Part shown: in pieces, positions 18,590 to 27,988 of the stretch
How positions within the stretch are numbered: position 1 is the stretch's first letter
Layout of the letters: each line of letters starts with the position of its first letter
IMG/VR virus record: IMGVR_UViG_3300025289_000028
Coordinates: 5,342-69,341 of that record
DNA length: 64,000 nt
DNA from: a virus
Direction: 5' to 3' (one strand)
Program-made: the position numbers and the translations under genes
Notes under the pieces: model-generated
What the model saw: only the letters and a program-made list of their open reading frames with translations
Database searches by the model: none
What the model was told of the DNA's origin: nothing

Positions 18590-19087
18590 ATGACAAAATT
18601 ACATAAATTCGACTATAGCAAAGAAAGAATTCCTAAAATCGATAAATTAGAACTATCCAAGAGAATGACACTTATTTTTCCTTGTGTGGTGGAAGAAAAT
18701 GAAATTTTTTTAATAAAAAATATAGGCAACCCAATAAATTATTCTTTTTCATGGGATGCTAAAAAAGGTAAAAACGTTGGTTTAATAAGTCATGATGGAC
18801 TTTCTAAAAGAGATAGACCTGCAGAAAATGGAGGTTGGTATTGTAAAAAAGTAGCTGATAAAGTTGGTATGTTCATAACTCTTCATAATTTTGGATATTA
18901 TGGATTTTATAAACCAAGCATCGAAGAAGTTTTGGCTCAATTACCGGCTGAACTTTTTGATGAGAAAAAACTGTCAGGAAGAAAATTGTATTTCACAAAC
19001 AAAATGATAAGCGATGATGTCAACACTTCTTTACTTGATCAAGAATATCACATCGCAAAAACTGTAGTTTATATTGACGTAATATAA
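18590..19087 (+). CDS. hypothetical protein (165 aa)
   Basis: ORF in packed array. Confidence 0.5.
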   Translation: MTKLHKFDYSKERIPKIDKLELSKRMTLIFPCVVEENEIFLIKNIGNPINYSFSWDAKKGKNVGLISHDGLSKRDRPAENGGWYCKKVADKVGMFITLHNFGYYGFYKPSIEEVLAQLPAELFDEKKLSGRKLYFTNKMISDDVNTSLLDQEYHIAKTVVYIDVI

Positions 19088-19111
19088 AAGTTTATTTTAT
19101 TAAAATACAAA

Positions 19112-19267
19112 ATGAGAACAGCAATATTTTTAGGATTAACAGCAATAGCTGATGCTACAAGAAAAGACTGGCTAACAGATAAAAATGTAATTCACTTTTT
19201 AGTAATAACATTATGTTGCATGATTGTTATGGATATTGCTGAATTTATTAAAACTATGAAAAAATGA
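19112..19267 (+). CDS. small hydrophobic protein, 51 aa (not in ORF track)
   Basis: MRTAIFLGLTAIADATRKDWLTDKNVIHFLVITLCCMIVMDIAEFIKTMKK* fills an otherwise empty 177-bp gap. Confidence 0.4.
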   Translation: MRTAIFLGLTAIADATRKDWLTDKNVIHFLVITLCCMIVMDIAEFIKTMKK

Positions 19268-19470
19268 AAAAAGAATTTACCGGTTACAAGGATGATAATG
19301 GAAAACCAATTTTTGTTGGTCAAAAGTTAAAAAGCGAATGGGGCTATAAAGTTATTGTTACTAAATCTGGTACCGAATTTTTAGGTAAATTAGTTTGCAA
19401 TGATAGTCATAGTTGTAAAAACATTCCATATTCACTTAATAATGGAACTGGCCACAAAATTTGTAGATAA
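19264..19470 (+). CDS. hypothetical protein (68 aa)
   Basis: ORF followed by a terminator. Confidence 0.5.
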   Translation: MKKEFTGYKDDNGKPIFVGQKLKSEWGYKVIVTKSGTEFLGKLVCNDSHSCKNIPYSLNNGTGHKICR

Positions 19471-19493
19471 CTTATTTTAATATAATTATATTT

Positions 19494-19530
19494 CTCCTCC
19501 TAAAATTTGCTTTTTAGGGGGTTTTTTGTT
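19494..19530 (+). terminator. Rho-independent terminator
   Basis: cctcctaaaa-tttgc-ttttaggggg hairpin followed by a T6 run (gttttttgtttt). Confidence 0.7.
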
Positions 19531-19541
19531 TTATTTGCGTC

Positions 19542-20018
19542 ATGGAATTTAGCAAAAAATATCGTCACATAGGAAATAGTTACGCAGGTGTGCCCAGACA
19601 TTGGAAACCAGTAGTAGAGAAACACTTGGTAAGAATAGAAAAAGTAATGTGGAAACAGTGGTGGATGCCGCGATTTATTATGAGAGCCATCCATTTTTTG
19701 GCCACCGGAGGCTCCGTTGTCCGTATTAAATTTTGGTGGGCATACAACCTAAGAAACAAACTCACAGGCAGTCAAATAATACAAGATATTAAAGAAAAAT
19801 ATGGCTCATTAAGAATTTATGGATACTTTGGTAAAGAAATTGATGATATAATTACAGAAGCAGTAAAAGAATGTGCTAACACTTGTATGGATTGTGGAAG
19901 CAATAATAATGTTGAGTATATAGATAATGGTTGGGTTTATGTATTGTGTGCAGAATGTAGAGATAGACCTGAGTTTTCACCAACAAGAGAAGTTTTAATA
20001 GAAAAAAATGGTAATTAA
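19542..20018 (+). CDS. hypothetical protein with C-terminal Zn-ribbon; C-terminal ...FSPTREVLIEKNGN*
   Basis: CMDCGS...CAECRD cluster. Confidence 0.55.
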   Translation: MEFSKKYRHIGNSYAGVPRHWKPVVEKHLVRIEKVMWKQWWMPRFIMRAIHFLATGGSVVRIKFWWAYNLRNKLTGSQIIQDIKEKYGSLRIYGYFGKEIDDIITEAVKECANTCMDCGSNNNVEYIDNGWVYVLCAECRDRPEFSPTREVLIEKNGN

Positions 20019-20032
20019 AAACAAGTATCGAT

Positions 20033-20218
20033 ATGGAAGAAAAAATAAGAAATATTTGCACAGAACTAAATGACATGAAAATAACAGTATCACAAGCTAC
20101 TGAACAGTTATTGTATTTGTTTAACGTTAAAGACAGTGTTATTGAACAAGAAATCATAGATGCATACATGAAAGAGGCTAAGAAGTTTTATCCAAAAAAG
20201 CGACCAATTATATTATGA
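20033..20218 (+). CDS. hypothetical protein (61 aa)
   Basis: ORF in packed array. Confidence 0.45.
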   Translation: MEEKIRNICTELNDMKITVSQATEQLLYLFNVKDSVIEQEIIDAYMKEAKKFYPKKRPIIL

Positions 20219-20448
20219 TAAAAGATAATACAGCCACAAATATTTCTAATGAAGCAGAAGGCTCTACTTCTTGGCGTGTTGTTATGCCTTGTTTATTTTT
20301 CGTAGTTGCAAGAAATAACGAAGATAACTGGGAGCAAATAACACAAGGATTAAACACATACGAAAAAGCAAAAAATTACAGAGACAGCGATTTTTGTAAA
20401 AATAAATGGAAGCATGCTTTCATTGTCTGCACAATAAACGAGGAATAG
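20215..20448 (+). CDS. hypothetical protein (77 aa)
   Basis: ATGA overlap with the upstream gene. Confidence 0.45.
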   Translation: MIKDNTATNISNEAEGSTSWRVVMPCLFFVVARNNEDNWEQITQGLNTYEKAKNYRDSDFCKNKWKHAFIVCTINEE

Positions 20449-20453
20449 CAATT

Positions 20454-20786
20454 ATGGATATAAAAAAAACATATGACAGTTTAAAAAATGAAATTTTTGA
20501 ACTTGAAACTAAGCGTTCAGAATTACAAAATAAAAAAAACAAATTCGTAAGAGATAATTTTGATAAAATGTTTGTTGGTAAATTTTGGAAAAATGACAAC
20601 GTTAACGCAATAACCTATTCGTACTGCAAAAAATCCGGAATTGAAGAAGATGCGTTTGATGATTATTGCAATTATGGCATTATTGATTATTTTAAAATAG
20701 ATAATACAAAATGTGCATCAAAATTTTATAAAGATCATAAAGAATTCTTAGATAATGCACTCTATGTTTTTTTAAAAAAGAAATAA
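20454..20786 (+). CDS. hypothetical protein (110 aa in frame 0). A putative -1 frameshift at A_AAA_AAG (20774-20780) would extend it to 20881 with the tail ...KKEITREEFEKAQEKFRNQFFEFTKIERIVLIEKI*
   Basis: Start at ATG 20454 (MDIKKTYDSL), after the upstream stop at 20448. A slippery heptamer lies 4 nt before the frame-0 TAA. The -1 frame is open for 34 codons beyond the slip site and ends with the recurrent motif. Confidence 0.55.
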   Translation: MDIKKTYDSLKNEIFELETKRSELQNKKNKFVRDNFDKMFVGKFWKNDNVNAITYSYCKKSGIEEDAFDDYCNYGIIDYFKIDNTKCASKFYKDHKEFLDNALYVFLKKK

Positions 20787-20909
20787 CAAGAGAAGAATTT
20801 GAAAAAGCTCAAGAAAAATTCAGAAATCAGTTTTTTGAATTTACTAAGATTGAGAGAATTGTATTAATCGAGAAGATTTAAACATTTTAACATGTTTTTC
20901 GTTTAAATA

Positions 20910-21185
20910 ATGAAAACAAACATAGTTATGGGAAAATTACTTGATTTTGAAAACGAAAAATGTGAAAAGGGCTATGAACCATTTCAGCTAACAAAAGAAA
21001 ATATAAAAGCGAATATTGGCAAAAAAATATGTTATGTTGATTATGTAGAACCACACAGAGGAACATATTTTGTGAGATATGGGATTATATTTGGTGTGAA
21101 ATATTCACAGTTAATTTTAAATGATGGAGAAAAAAACGTTGACATTAGAAATGTAAGAGAATGTGGAATTGAAACAGGTGTATAG
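20910..21185 (+). CDS. hypothetical protein (91 aa)
   Basis: ORF. Confidence 0.5.
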   Translation: MKTNIVMGKLLDFENEKCEKGYEPFQLTKENIKANIGKKICYVDYVEPHRGTYFVRYGIIFGVKYSQLILNDGEKNVDIRNVRECGIETGV

Positions 21186-21260
21186 CGTTTGTTTCTATTA
21201 CTTGTCGCGTCCGACAATTTAAGGGATAATTAAAAAATTCATAAATTAAGAATCAAACAA

Positions 21261-21578
21261 ATGGAAAAAGTAAAATCACTTAGAGAACTAACAGAAAAAG
21301 AGTTCGACACATTGGAAAAATCGGGATTGCTAAAAACAATTTATTCTGATGCACCCGAAACTTACAAAGAAATTAGAGGCACAAGACCGAAGCTAAGTGC
21401 TAATCCTGATTTTAGCTCGTTGATAAAATTATGTGAGCAATATTTGGACAGCAAACAAGACCCCGAAAATAAGCGACTGAAAGATGGCGAACATTATATT
21501 TTTGAAGAAGCGATACAATGTGTTTACGGCAGAAATAACGAAAGTGGAATTTGGGATTTTATTAATCTAAATTCTTAA
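21261..21578 (+). CDS. hypothetical protein (105 aa)
   Basis: ORF. Confidence 0.5.
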   Translation: MEKVKSLRELTEKEFDTLEKSGLLKTIYSDAPETYKEIRGTRPKLSANPDFSSLIKLCEQYLDSKQDPENKRLKDGEHYIFEEAIQCVYGRNNESGIWDFINLNS

Positions 21579-21591
21579 TCATACGATAAGA

Positions 21592-21882
21592 ATGCTTAAA
21601 TTAAGATGTATAAAAAACTATATCACATGCGGAACAGGTTTTTCAAAAACAGCTTTTGAAATAGGTACAAGCTATACAATACATTCAATTGAAGAATATA
21701 CTATTTCTATATTAAATAATAACGGTCAACCTTATATTTTCGCATTAGAATATGATCCAGAAGGTTTTTGTTGTTGGGTAGATGACTTCTTTGAATCAAA
21801 TAAACGCTTCGTTATTTTTGAGAAGAAATGTAGAACATCTAATTTAAAAAAGTTTATAAAATTATTCGATTTAAATGATTAA
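21592..21882 (+). CDS. hypothetical protein, paralog family C (1 of 3); ...NKRFVIFEK
   Basis: Three tandem paralogs share M(L/I)KL(R/E)CIK...NPANKRFVI(F/I)EK....FNFK. Confidence 0.6.
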   Translation: MLKLRCIKNYITCGTGFSKTAFEIGTSYTIHSIEEYTISILNNNGQPYIFALEYDPEGFCCWVDDFFESNKRFVIFEKKCRTSNLKKFIKLFDLND

Positions 21883-22144
21883 ATTAGAGTGTATAAAACG
21901 GCTTTATGAAGTAGATTATAAATCTTTTACATTGGGTAAAAATTATAAAATCACATATCAAGATGGACATTTTATTGAACTTTTAGATAATAGAGGAAGA
22001 GAAATAAGTTTTAGCAAAATTTCCGGCTCTTATTTTCATTATGTATTTAAATATTTTAATCCGAATCCAGCTAATAAAAGATTTGTTATTTTCGAAAAAA
22101 CAAGTGAACCATTTAATTTTAAATTAAAGCAACTAAATGATTAA
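21875..22144 (+). CDS. hypothetical protein, paralog family C (2 of 3)
   Basis: Tandem paralog. Confidence 0.6.
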   Translation: MIKLECIKRLYEVDYKSFTLGKNYKITYQDGHFIELLDNRGREISFSKISGSYFHYVFKYFNPNPANKRFVIFEKTSEPFNFKLKQLND

Positions 22145-22445
22145 ATTAAGATGTATAAAAACTCTTTACAAATCAACGTATAAAGGAAATGCTTTTACGA
22201 GAAATAAATTATATGAAATCAGGTCAGACAAAAATCATGATTTTATACACATCTTAGATAATCAAGGACGGTTTTTTGGTTTTGAAAAACCACAACTCCG
22301 ATTTACCAAACAATACTATAAACAAGCCGGAATGTATCGCATACAAGATTATTTTAGTCCAAATCCGGCAAATAAACGTTTTGTTATTATTGAAAAAATA
22401 AATGAACCATTTAATTTCAAAGAAAAAGATTATGAAAATAAATAG
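22137..22445 (+). CDS. hypothetical protein, paralog family C (3 of 3)
   Basis: Tandem paralog. Confidence 0.6.
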   Translation: MIKLRCIKTLYKSTYKGNAFTRNKLYEIRSDKNHDFIHILDNQGRFFGFEKPQLRFTKQYYKQAGMYRIQDYFSPNPANKRFVIIEKINEPFNFKEKDYENK

Positions 22446-22680
22446 AATAACTCCTCCAACAGTTGATTTATACAATCCTGATGGAGAAAAAATTGGAACC
22501 GTAAACGAATATGAGTTTAATGATTTTTTAATTCAACTCAAAAATAATTATATTGAGGGCTATCATAGTATATTTAATGGCGAAAGAATTGATATACTTG
22601 AATATGGAAGAATCAGTAAACAGCCAAAAGGGTTCTTTGATATTATAGAATTTCAAATGGGTGAACTATTAGGTTTTTAA
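22432..22680 (+). CDS. hypothetical protein (82 aa)
   Basis: Start moved to the in-frame ATG 22432 (MKINRITPP), which overlaps the upstream gene by 14 nt. Confidence 0.45.
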   Translation: MKINRITPPTVDLYNPDGEKIGTVNEYEFNDFLIQLKNNYIEGYHSIFNGERIDILEYGRISKQPKGFFDIIEFQMGELLGF

Positions 22681-22681
22681 A

Positions 22682-23188
22682 ATGACCGAGCATTTAAATC
22701 AATATGTAATTAATCAACCTTATCATAGATTTGTCCTTTTCGAAAAGAGAAACAAAAGCGCTGAATTGTTTTTAGATATAGTAAATGACGCAGGATGGAC
22801 AGATGTTATTTATATGGACTATTATATGATGATTGCAATAAACGAAACAAGTAAAAAAATAATTTTTTTTATAATTTCCCCAAAAGATGAATCTAATTCC
22901 TCGTTTGTATTTCATAACTTTGGAGAAAAAAACAACAGTGACGCACTTAATGTAGCATCAATATTTGACTGTAATTATTCAGAAAAATCAAAAAATTTAA
23001 AAATTCCTGAGTTTATACATTGGTACCTTTCAGTTTTATCTATTTGTTTAAAATCAGTAGGTGAAGTGAAAATTTTAATGAAAAAATATAATAGTGGAAA
23101 TTCTAAAAATTTCGAAAAAGATTTTGATATTATCAAACGTTTTTTAAGTTCAGAATTCAAAAAGTTAGAACTATTAGCAAATGAATAA
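22682..23188 (+). CDS. hypothetical protein (168 aa); N-terminal ...YHRFVLFEK motif
   Basis: ORF in packed array. Confidence 0.5.
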   Translation: MTEHLNQYVINQPYHRFVLFEKRNKSAELFLDIVNDAGWTDVIYMDYYMMIAINETSKKIIFFIISPKDESNSSFVFHNFGEKNNSDALNVASIFDCNYSEKSKNLKIPEFIHWYLSVLSICLKSVGEVKILMKKYNSGNSKNFEKDFDIIKRFLSSEFKKLELLANE

Positions 23189-23507
23189 GAATAGCGAAAA
23201 TTTATACACCAATTTAAATATTGATATACCAACTTTACATGGAGTCTTAATTGAAAAATTCAAAGAGCCAGTTGTTAGTTATTGGGCAATTCGTTGGAAT
23301 GATAGGAATGATGAATTACATAGTTTTAACGGCTTCCCTTCTTGTATAGAAAGATCAATATTTAATAGAGTATGTTATTTAAGATGGCACAAACATGGTA
23401 AGGAAATAAAATCATTAACCGTACAAATTATACCAAGATCAGAAATAATAGCAGAAAAAATTAAAGCTCGAGATTTTCAAGAAAGAGCCAAAAAAAGAGA
23501 GTTATAA
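23181..23507 (+). CDS. hypothetical protein (108 aa); degenerate motif ...LHGVLIEK
   Basis: ORF. Confidence 0.5.
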   Translation: MNKNSENLYTNLNIDIPTLHGVLIEKFKEPVVSYWAIRWNDRNDELHSFNGFPSCIERSIFNRVCYLRWHKHGKEIKSLTVQIIPRSEIIAEKIKARDFQERAKKREL

Positions 23508-23561
23508 TAGAAAATTTTTGTACTTTAATGCTGTTTTGGTGTTTATAATAGAAAATTTTTG
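23501..23561. repeat. Intergenic ~20-bp direct repeat (ataatagaaaatttttg x2, 41 bp apart) between convergent genes
   Basis: Exact 17-mer at 23504-23520 and 23545-23561. Confidence 0.6.
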
Positions 23562-23563
23562 CA

Positions 23564-24307
23564 TTATTCAATTCTTGTTATATTTTTATTTTCATCAATT
23601 TCAAAAATCATAGGTTTATTTTGAATTTCATATCTAAGATTTAAAACAGATGCATTCACAAAATGAACTCCATCTATGAATTTATATCCGGCATGCTCGT
23701 GAATGTGTCCAAAACTTACAAGCTTCAAATTTTTCAATTCATATATCCTTTTTAGTAAATCTTTACATCCAACCTGTTCTCCTCTAATAGTAGAATCTAA
23801 AATAGAATAAGGTGGTCCATGAAGTATTAAGAATTCAACGTCATCAGGTATAGCATCCCAATATCTTTTTATCTTTTCTCCTCTATCAACATTAAACGCC
23901 CAATTATATCCAAAAGTAGGTTGAACTGGTTCTCCGTAAAATTTAATTCCATCAATAGTAACGCCTTGACTTTCAAGATAAATAATATTTGGATATTTTT
24001 TTAATAATTCTTGAGCTATGCTTCTTTTTTGTTCAAAAAGTCGGTCATGATTTCCTGGAACTAAAATCTTATGAGTATATGGAAGTTTTGAATACCATGC
24101 TAAAAAATTATCAATCTCATTTTCGCTTCCACTCATAGAAATATCTCCTGAACATATAATTACGTCGGCTTCTGCAGGTAAATAAACTCCAGAGATAATG
24201 TATTCTTTTACATATTCATCATCAAATTTCTCTCCTTGTTTAAGTATATATATTCCATTGTGCTTTGAGTGACTATCACTCATTAATACAATTTTGGTTT
24301 TTTTCAT
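23564..24307 (-). CDS. metallophosphoesterase (calcineurin-like phosphoesterase)
   Basis: Blocks GDISMSG, GNHD, ILHGPP and GHIHEH are the canonical MPP motifs. Confidence 0.8.
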   Translation of the reverse strand: MKKTKIVLMSDSHSKHNGIYILKQGEKFDDEYVKEYIISGVYLPAEADVIICSGDISMSGSENEIDNFLAWYSKLPYTHKILVPGNHDRLFEQKRSIAQELLKKYPNIIYLESQGVTIDGIKFYGEPVQPTFGYNWAFNVDRGEKIKRYWDAIPDDVEFLILHGPPYSILDSTIRGEQVGCKDLLKRIYELKNLKLVSFGHIHEHAGYKFIDGVHFVNASVLNLRYEIQNKPMIFEIDENKNITRIE

Positions 24308-24406
24308 TTACACTATTAATTTATTGATTCTGTAAATAAAACATATTTTTCTTACATTTCAAACAATTAATAACAAAATTTTATTATCTTCGTTTAATTA
24401 AATACA

Positions 24407-24898
24407 ATGGAAATAATAAACTTATACACAGACGGAAGTTGCCTAAAAAATCCTGGTTATGGAGGCTGTGCTTGCATACTTGAATATAAAGGAAATAAAA
24501 AAGAATTAAGTTCCGGATATAAGCTTACAACAAACAACAGAATGGAGCTTATGGCAGTTATAATTGGTTTAGAAGCAATTAAAACAAAAGATAAAAAAGT
24601 TATAATTTATTCGGATTCAAAGTATGTTATAGATTCTTTTGATAAAGGATGGATATATAACTGGGAAAGAGAAGGATTTTATAAAAGGACTAATGCTGAC
24701 CTTTTCATTCGGCTCCTAAATTTGTATAGGAGTTTTCCAAATATTGAATTTTCATGGGTAAAAGGACATAATGGACATGAGGAAAATGAAAAATGTGATG
24801 TTTTAGCAGTTGCTATGTCATCAAGAAATCCACAAACAGAAGATACTGGGTATTTAGAACAATTAAAAAATAACAATCATGAAAGGAACACTAACTAA
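24407..24898 (+). CDS. rnhA: ribonuclease HI
   Basis: 'LYTDGSC...NRMELMAVIIGLE...IYSDSKYV...WVKGHNGHEENEKCDVLA' carries the D-E-D-D RNase H catalytic residues in the expected spacing. Confidence 0.85.
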   Translation: MEIINLYTDGSCLKNPGYGGCACILEYKGNKKELSSGYKLTTNNRMELMAVIIGLEAIKTKDKKVIIYSDSKYVIDSFDKGWIYNWEREGFYKRTNADLFIRLLNLYRSFPNIEFSWVKGHNGHEENEKCDVLAVAMSSRNPQTEDTGYLEQLKNNNHERNTN

Positions 24899-25250
24899 AA
24901 TAGGAAATGTCTGGGTAATAAAACATTGGATAAAAGATCCATGTTTCCATGGAATGCCAGGAAGAACATGTTCAGAAATAGTAGAACTATTACCACTGCA
25001 TCCAGATGAAACAGACATGGATAGTTTAACACTAAACCCAGAAGGCAAAGAAGTGGAATTTGAGATTGAGGAAGTATACATAGAGCCGGAAGGAATTCAC
25101 TGTAATAGAGGAGGTTTTAAAAAGTATGCTGTAATTGTAGAGCCAGAAGATATTTGGGACGACATACAAGATAAAGCCACAAAAGATGGAGTTGATATTC
25201 CAATTGGCTGGTTTAAGGAAAGATATAATGTGCCAATAAAAAAAAATTAA
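24879..25250 (+). CDS. hypothetical protein (123 aa)
   Basis: ORF. Confidence 0.5.
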   Translation: MKGTLTKIGNVWVIKHWIKDPCFHGMPGRTCSEIVELLPLHPDETDMDSLTLNPEGKEVEFEIEEVYIEPEGIHCNRGGFKKYAVIVEPEDIWDDIQDKATKDGVDIPIGWFKERYNVPIKKN

Positions 25251-25251
25251 T

Positions 25252-25527
25252 ATGAAAACTAAATCAAATATTAGTATTGAATTAAAATCAACATCAGATA
25301 ATGATGATATAATTTACATTATAAAATCCAAATTAGGTCATTTCGAAGTTAATTGCAAAGGAGATGGTGGACTTTTAGTTTCTTCTCATATAAAAACTAT
25401 GAGTTCTGCTATTGGAGGTCGCGGTGAAGATGATGGTAAAAATGCCTGGTTTACAGATGAGCACTGCAAAAGCAATTCAGAAGCTGTCCATAATATTTTA
25501 GAACTTTTAATGACAATATCAAAATAA
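25252..25527 (+). CDS. hypothetical protein (91 aa)
   Basis: ORF. Confidence 0.5.
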   Translation: MKTKSNISIELKSTSDNDDIIYIIKSKLGHFEVNCKGDGGLLVSSHIKTMSSAIGGRGEDDGKNAWFTDEHCKSNSEAVHNILELLMTISK

Positions 25528-25535
25528 ATAAAAAT

Positions 25536-25742
25536 ATGAATAAAGAAACTAGACAATTTACACTTGGGATAATAGGAATAATTTGTTGTTCACTTGGACT
25601 TGTTTCAGGCTACGTTGGCATGGCAAACAGCATAACGCTAGAAACTATTAATATAAGCAGTTTTTTATTTAATTTTTTATTTGTTTTATTTGAAGCGTTA
25701 GGAATTATTATAAGCTTATTTTACGTCATAAAAAACATTTAA
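25536..25742 (+). CDS. small membrane protein with 2 predicted TM helices (holin-like topology)
   Basis: Hydrophobic 68-aa ORF. Confidence 0.45.
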   Translation: MNKETRQFTLGIIGIICCSLGLVSGYVGMANSITLETINISSFLFNFLFVLFEALGIIISLFYVIKNI

Positions 25743-26021
25743 ATGGACATAGCATGCGGTGATGTAGTTACTATTAAAGATGAAATATTCAGTGAATCTG
25801 GAAGAATAATTTTTCATAAAGGAACAAAAGTACAAATAAGCGAAGTTATTAAAAAAGAAGCATTTTGGGGGAAAATGTCCGGCGTATATTATCCCGAAGA
25901 AATAACAGGACTAAAAATTATTGGAATTTCTGGTGAATGGTCATTAGAAACCTTTAAGGAAACTTCAAGGAATCCAATAATAACAAGAGAAGTTTTAGTT
26001 GAAAAATTCAAATTTTATTAA
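25743..26021 (+). CDS. hypothetical protein (92 aa); C-terminal ...ITREVLVEKFKFY*
   Basis: ORF. Confidence 0.5.
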   Translation: MDIACGDVVTIKDEIFSESGRIIFHKGTKVQISEVIKKEAFWGKMSGVYYPEEITGLKIIGISGEWSLETFKETSRNPIITREVLVEKFKFY

Positions 26022-26023
26022 AA

Positions 26024-26542
26024 ATGGATTCAGAAACTGTAAAAAGATTAATTTTAGAAAAATTGTTTAATGAATTTATTCCTAAATTAATTGGTTATTA
26101 TAGACTTTTATCACCTGAAAAAGATCAATGGAATCCAAATTTTTTTCTTCTTAAAGAAAATATACGTTTGAATACCGATGGATATGAAATTTATTTTTAT
26201 GTTGCAATAAATAAGGATGGATTTTTTGAACGTTGTACTGTTTCCAAAATAAGAGTAAGGGCGTCCCTTGGTCACATAATGTTAGAACATTTACAAAGAG
26301 TAGAACCAGAAACATTAGATTTTAATTTTGACAACAAAAATACAGCAATAAATGAGCTTTGTAGAATACTTAATAATTCTTATGTTTTAAAACTTGGAAT
26401 GTGTGCTTTACAGGAGATTGAAAATCATGAAGTACCAGAAAATTGTAGCGTTGGAGCTATAAAGAAAATTTTAGGTCTTAGTCCAAATATGGATTTAAAT
26501 AATATAGAAACAAGAAAAGTATTATTAGAAAAAATAAAATAA
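26024..26542 (+). CDS. hypothetical protein (172 aa); C-terminal ...ETRKVLLEKIK*
   Basis: ORF. Confidence 0.55.
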   Translation: MDSETVKRLILEKLFNEFIPKLIGYYRLLSPEKDQWNPNFFLLKENIRLNTDGYEIYFYVAINKDGFFERCTVSKIRVRASLGHIMLEHLQRVEPETLDFNFDNKNTAINELCRILNNSYVLKLGMCALQEIENHEVPENCSVGAIKKILGLSPNMDLNNIETRKVLLEKIK

Positions 26543-27081
26543 TGAGCAAGAAAATAACGTTATTCCAAGAAATGTTCATGGTATTAAGAGAGAACGTCAT
26601 ACCAAGCATAATGTCAAGCTTACAAGAGATGGGAATGCTATATTCACATATTCATATAAATCCACAGCAATCACTTTGTTTTTTTAATCATTTAAGCTTG
26701 GAATTTCCATTTCAAAATTTACAAACAATAAAAGATGATAAAGGGAACAATATTCAAATTTTAATATTCAATATAAGGTCAGATGGACAAATATCTATTT
26801 GTGAAAATTTAAACTTTGGATTAGCTGGCACAGTAGAGCTAATTAATGAAGTTGTTCTTTTTGAAGATTTTAATAAAATGTTTGACGGTGTTGTATATGA
26901 AAATGCTTTTTTATTTTATCTTTCAAGAGAGCTTACTAATAAAGCATATCAATCTCAAGAGGAAGTGAAAGTAATAAAAACTCTTTTAGGTGAAATGTAC
27001 AAAATAACTCCAATCATAACAAGAGAAGTTTTATTTGAGAAAAAAATCAAAATCGTAAAAAAATCAAAAACTAAAAAATAA
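26542..27081 (+). CDS. hypothetical protein (179 aa); C-terminal ...ITREVLFEKKIKIVKKSKTKK*
   Basis: ORF. Confidence 0.55.
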   Translation: MSKKITLFQEMFMVLRENVIPSIMSSLQEMGMLYSHIHINPQQSLCFFNHLSLEFPFQNLQTIKDDKGNNIQILIFNIRSDGQISICENLNFGLAGTVELINEVVLFEDFNKMFDGVVYENAFLFYLSRELTNKAYQSQEEVKVIKTLLGEMYKITPIITREVLFEKKIKIVKKSKTKK

Positions 27082-27098
27082 TTTATTATATTTGCAAC

Positions 27099-27788
27099 AT
27101 GGAAAATTTAGACGAAGTAAAAGATAAATCATCCTCAACTTGGGGCTCTGATAATTTAACATTTGGCGGAGAAAAACCACAAGAGAAAATAGAATCAGAA
27201 GATATAGTAATAGACATCAACTCAATAAAACACGCTCCGGAAATAGAACATCAACATGAGTTATTATTTGATAATCCTTTTTTGAAGGTGAAAAGAGCCG
27301 GTGGATTCATTTATTCAGAACGAAAAGGAGTAGATTCTGTTGCTTTTATATTAATTGCTATAAACGCTTCTGATGAACGACGAATAGGATTAATTCACGA
27401 GTACAAAGACCCTTTAGGAAGACATTTAACCAGTGCTTTTGGAGGCTCAATAGATGATGAAAAATATCATGCCGACTTAAGAACATTAGTGAAAGACGAA
27501 ACCATAGAAGAGTCCGGATTTGATGTGAAAATTGAATCCATAGATTATCATGGGAAAGTAATGGTATCAACACAAAGTAATCAATTTTGCCATTTATTTT
27601 CAGTAGAGGTTGATAAACTTTTACAAGGAGAAAAAACAACAAAAAACCCAGTTGAATTAGGAGCCTCTGTAGATTGGATAACCATGAAAGATGTGCCACA
27701 ATTAGAAGATTGGAAAGCACAGGCTATAATTTTAAGAAGAATGATGTCCCGGAATGGTTTAGTATTTGTTAGTAGTCCTAAAAAATAA
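27099..27788 (+). CDS. Nudix-hydrolase-like protein (weak match)
   Basis: 'GGSIDDEKYHADLRTLVKDETIEESGF' approximates the Nudix box G.5E.7REU.EE.GU with one extra residue. Confidence 0.4.
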   Translation: MENLDEVKDKSSSTWGSDNLTFGGEKPQEKIESEDIVIDINSIKHAPEIEHQHELLFDNPFLKVKRAGGFIYSERKGVDSVAFILIAINASDERRIGLIHEYKDPLGRHLTSAFGGSIDDEKYHADLRTLVKDETIEESGFDVKIESIDYHGKVMVSTQSNQFCHLFSVEVDKLLQGEKTTKNPVELGASVDWITMKDVPQLEDWKAQAIILRRMMSRNGLVFVSSPKK

Positions 27789-27793
27789 ATCTC

Positions 27794-27982
27794 ATGAAAA
27801 ACTGGATAATAAAATCAAATGAGTGGTATAATAATTTATTAGAGCCAATACGCTTTTTGTTATTATTTTTTGTTGTAACCAGCATATTAACAATATCACA
27901 ATATTGTTTTATACTTTTATTTCCTATATTTGCATTAATTGTTGTATTCTGGAGATTTGGTTATGAGATTTTAAAAAAGTAG
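27794..27982 (+). CDS. small membrane protein (62 aa)
   Basis: Hydrophobic ORF. Confidence 0.4.
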   Translation: MKNWIIKSNEWYNNLLEPIRFLLLFFVVTSILTISQYCFILLFPIFALIVVFWRFGYEILKK

Positions 27983-27988
27983 AAAATA

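Noticed and set aside
21202-21217. GC-rich hairpin ttgtcg-cgtc-cgacaa after gene 20910..21185, as a terminator.
   Set aside because: The stem is short (6 bp) and is not followed by a T-run, so it was left unannotated.
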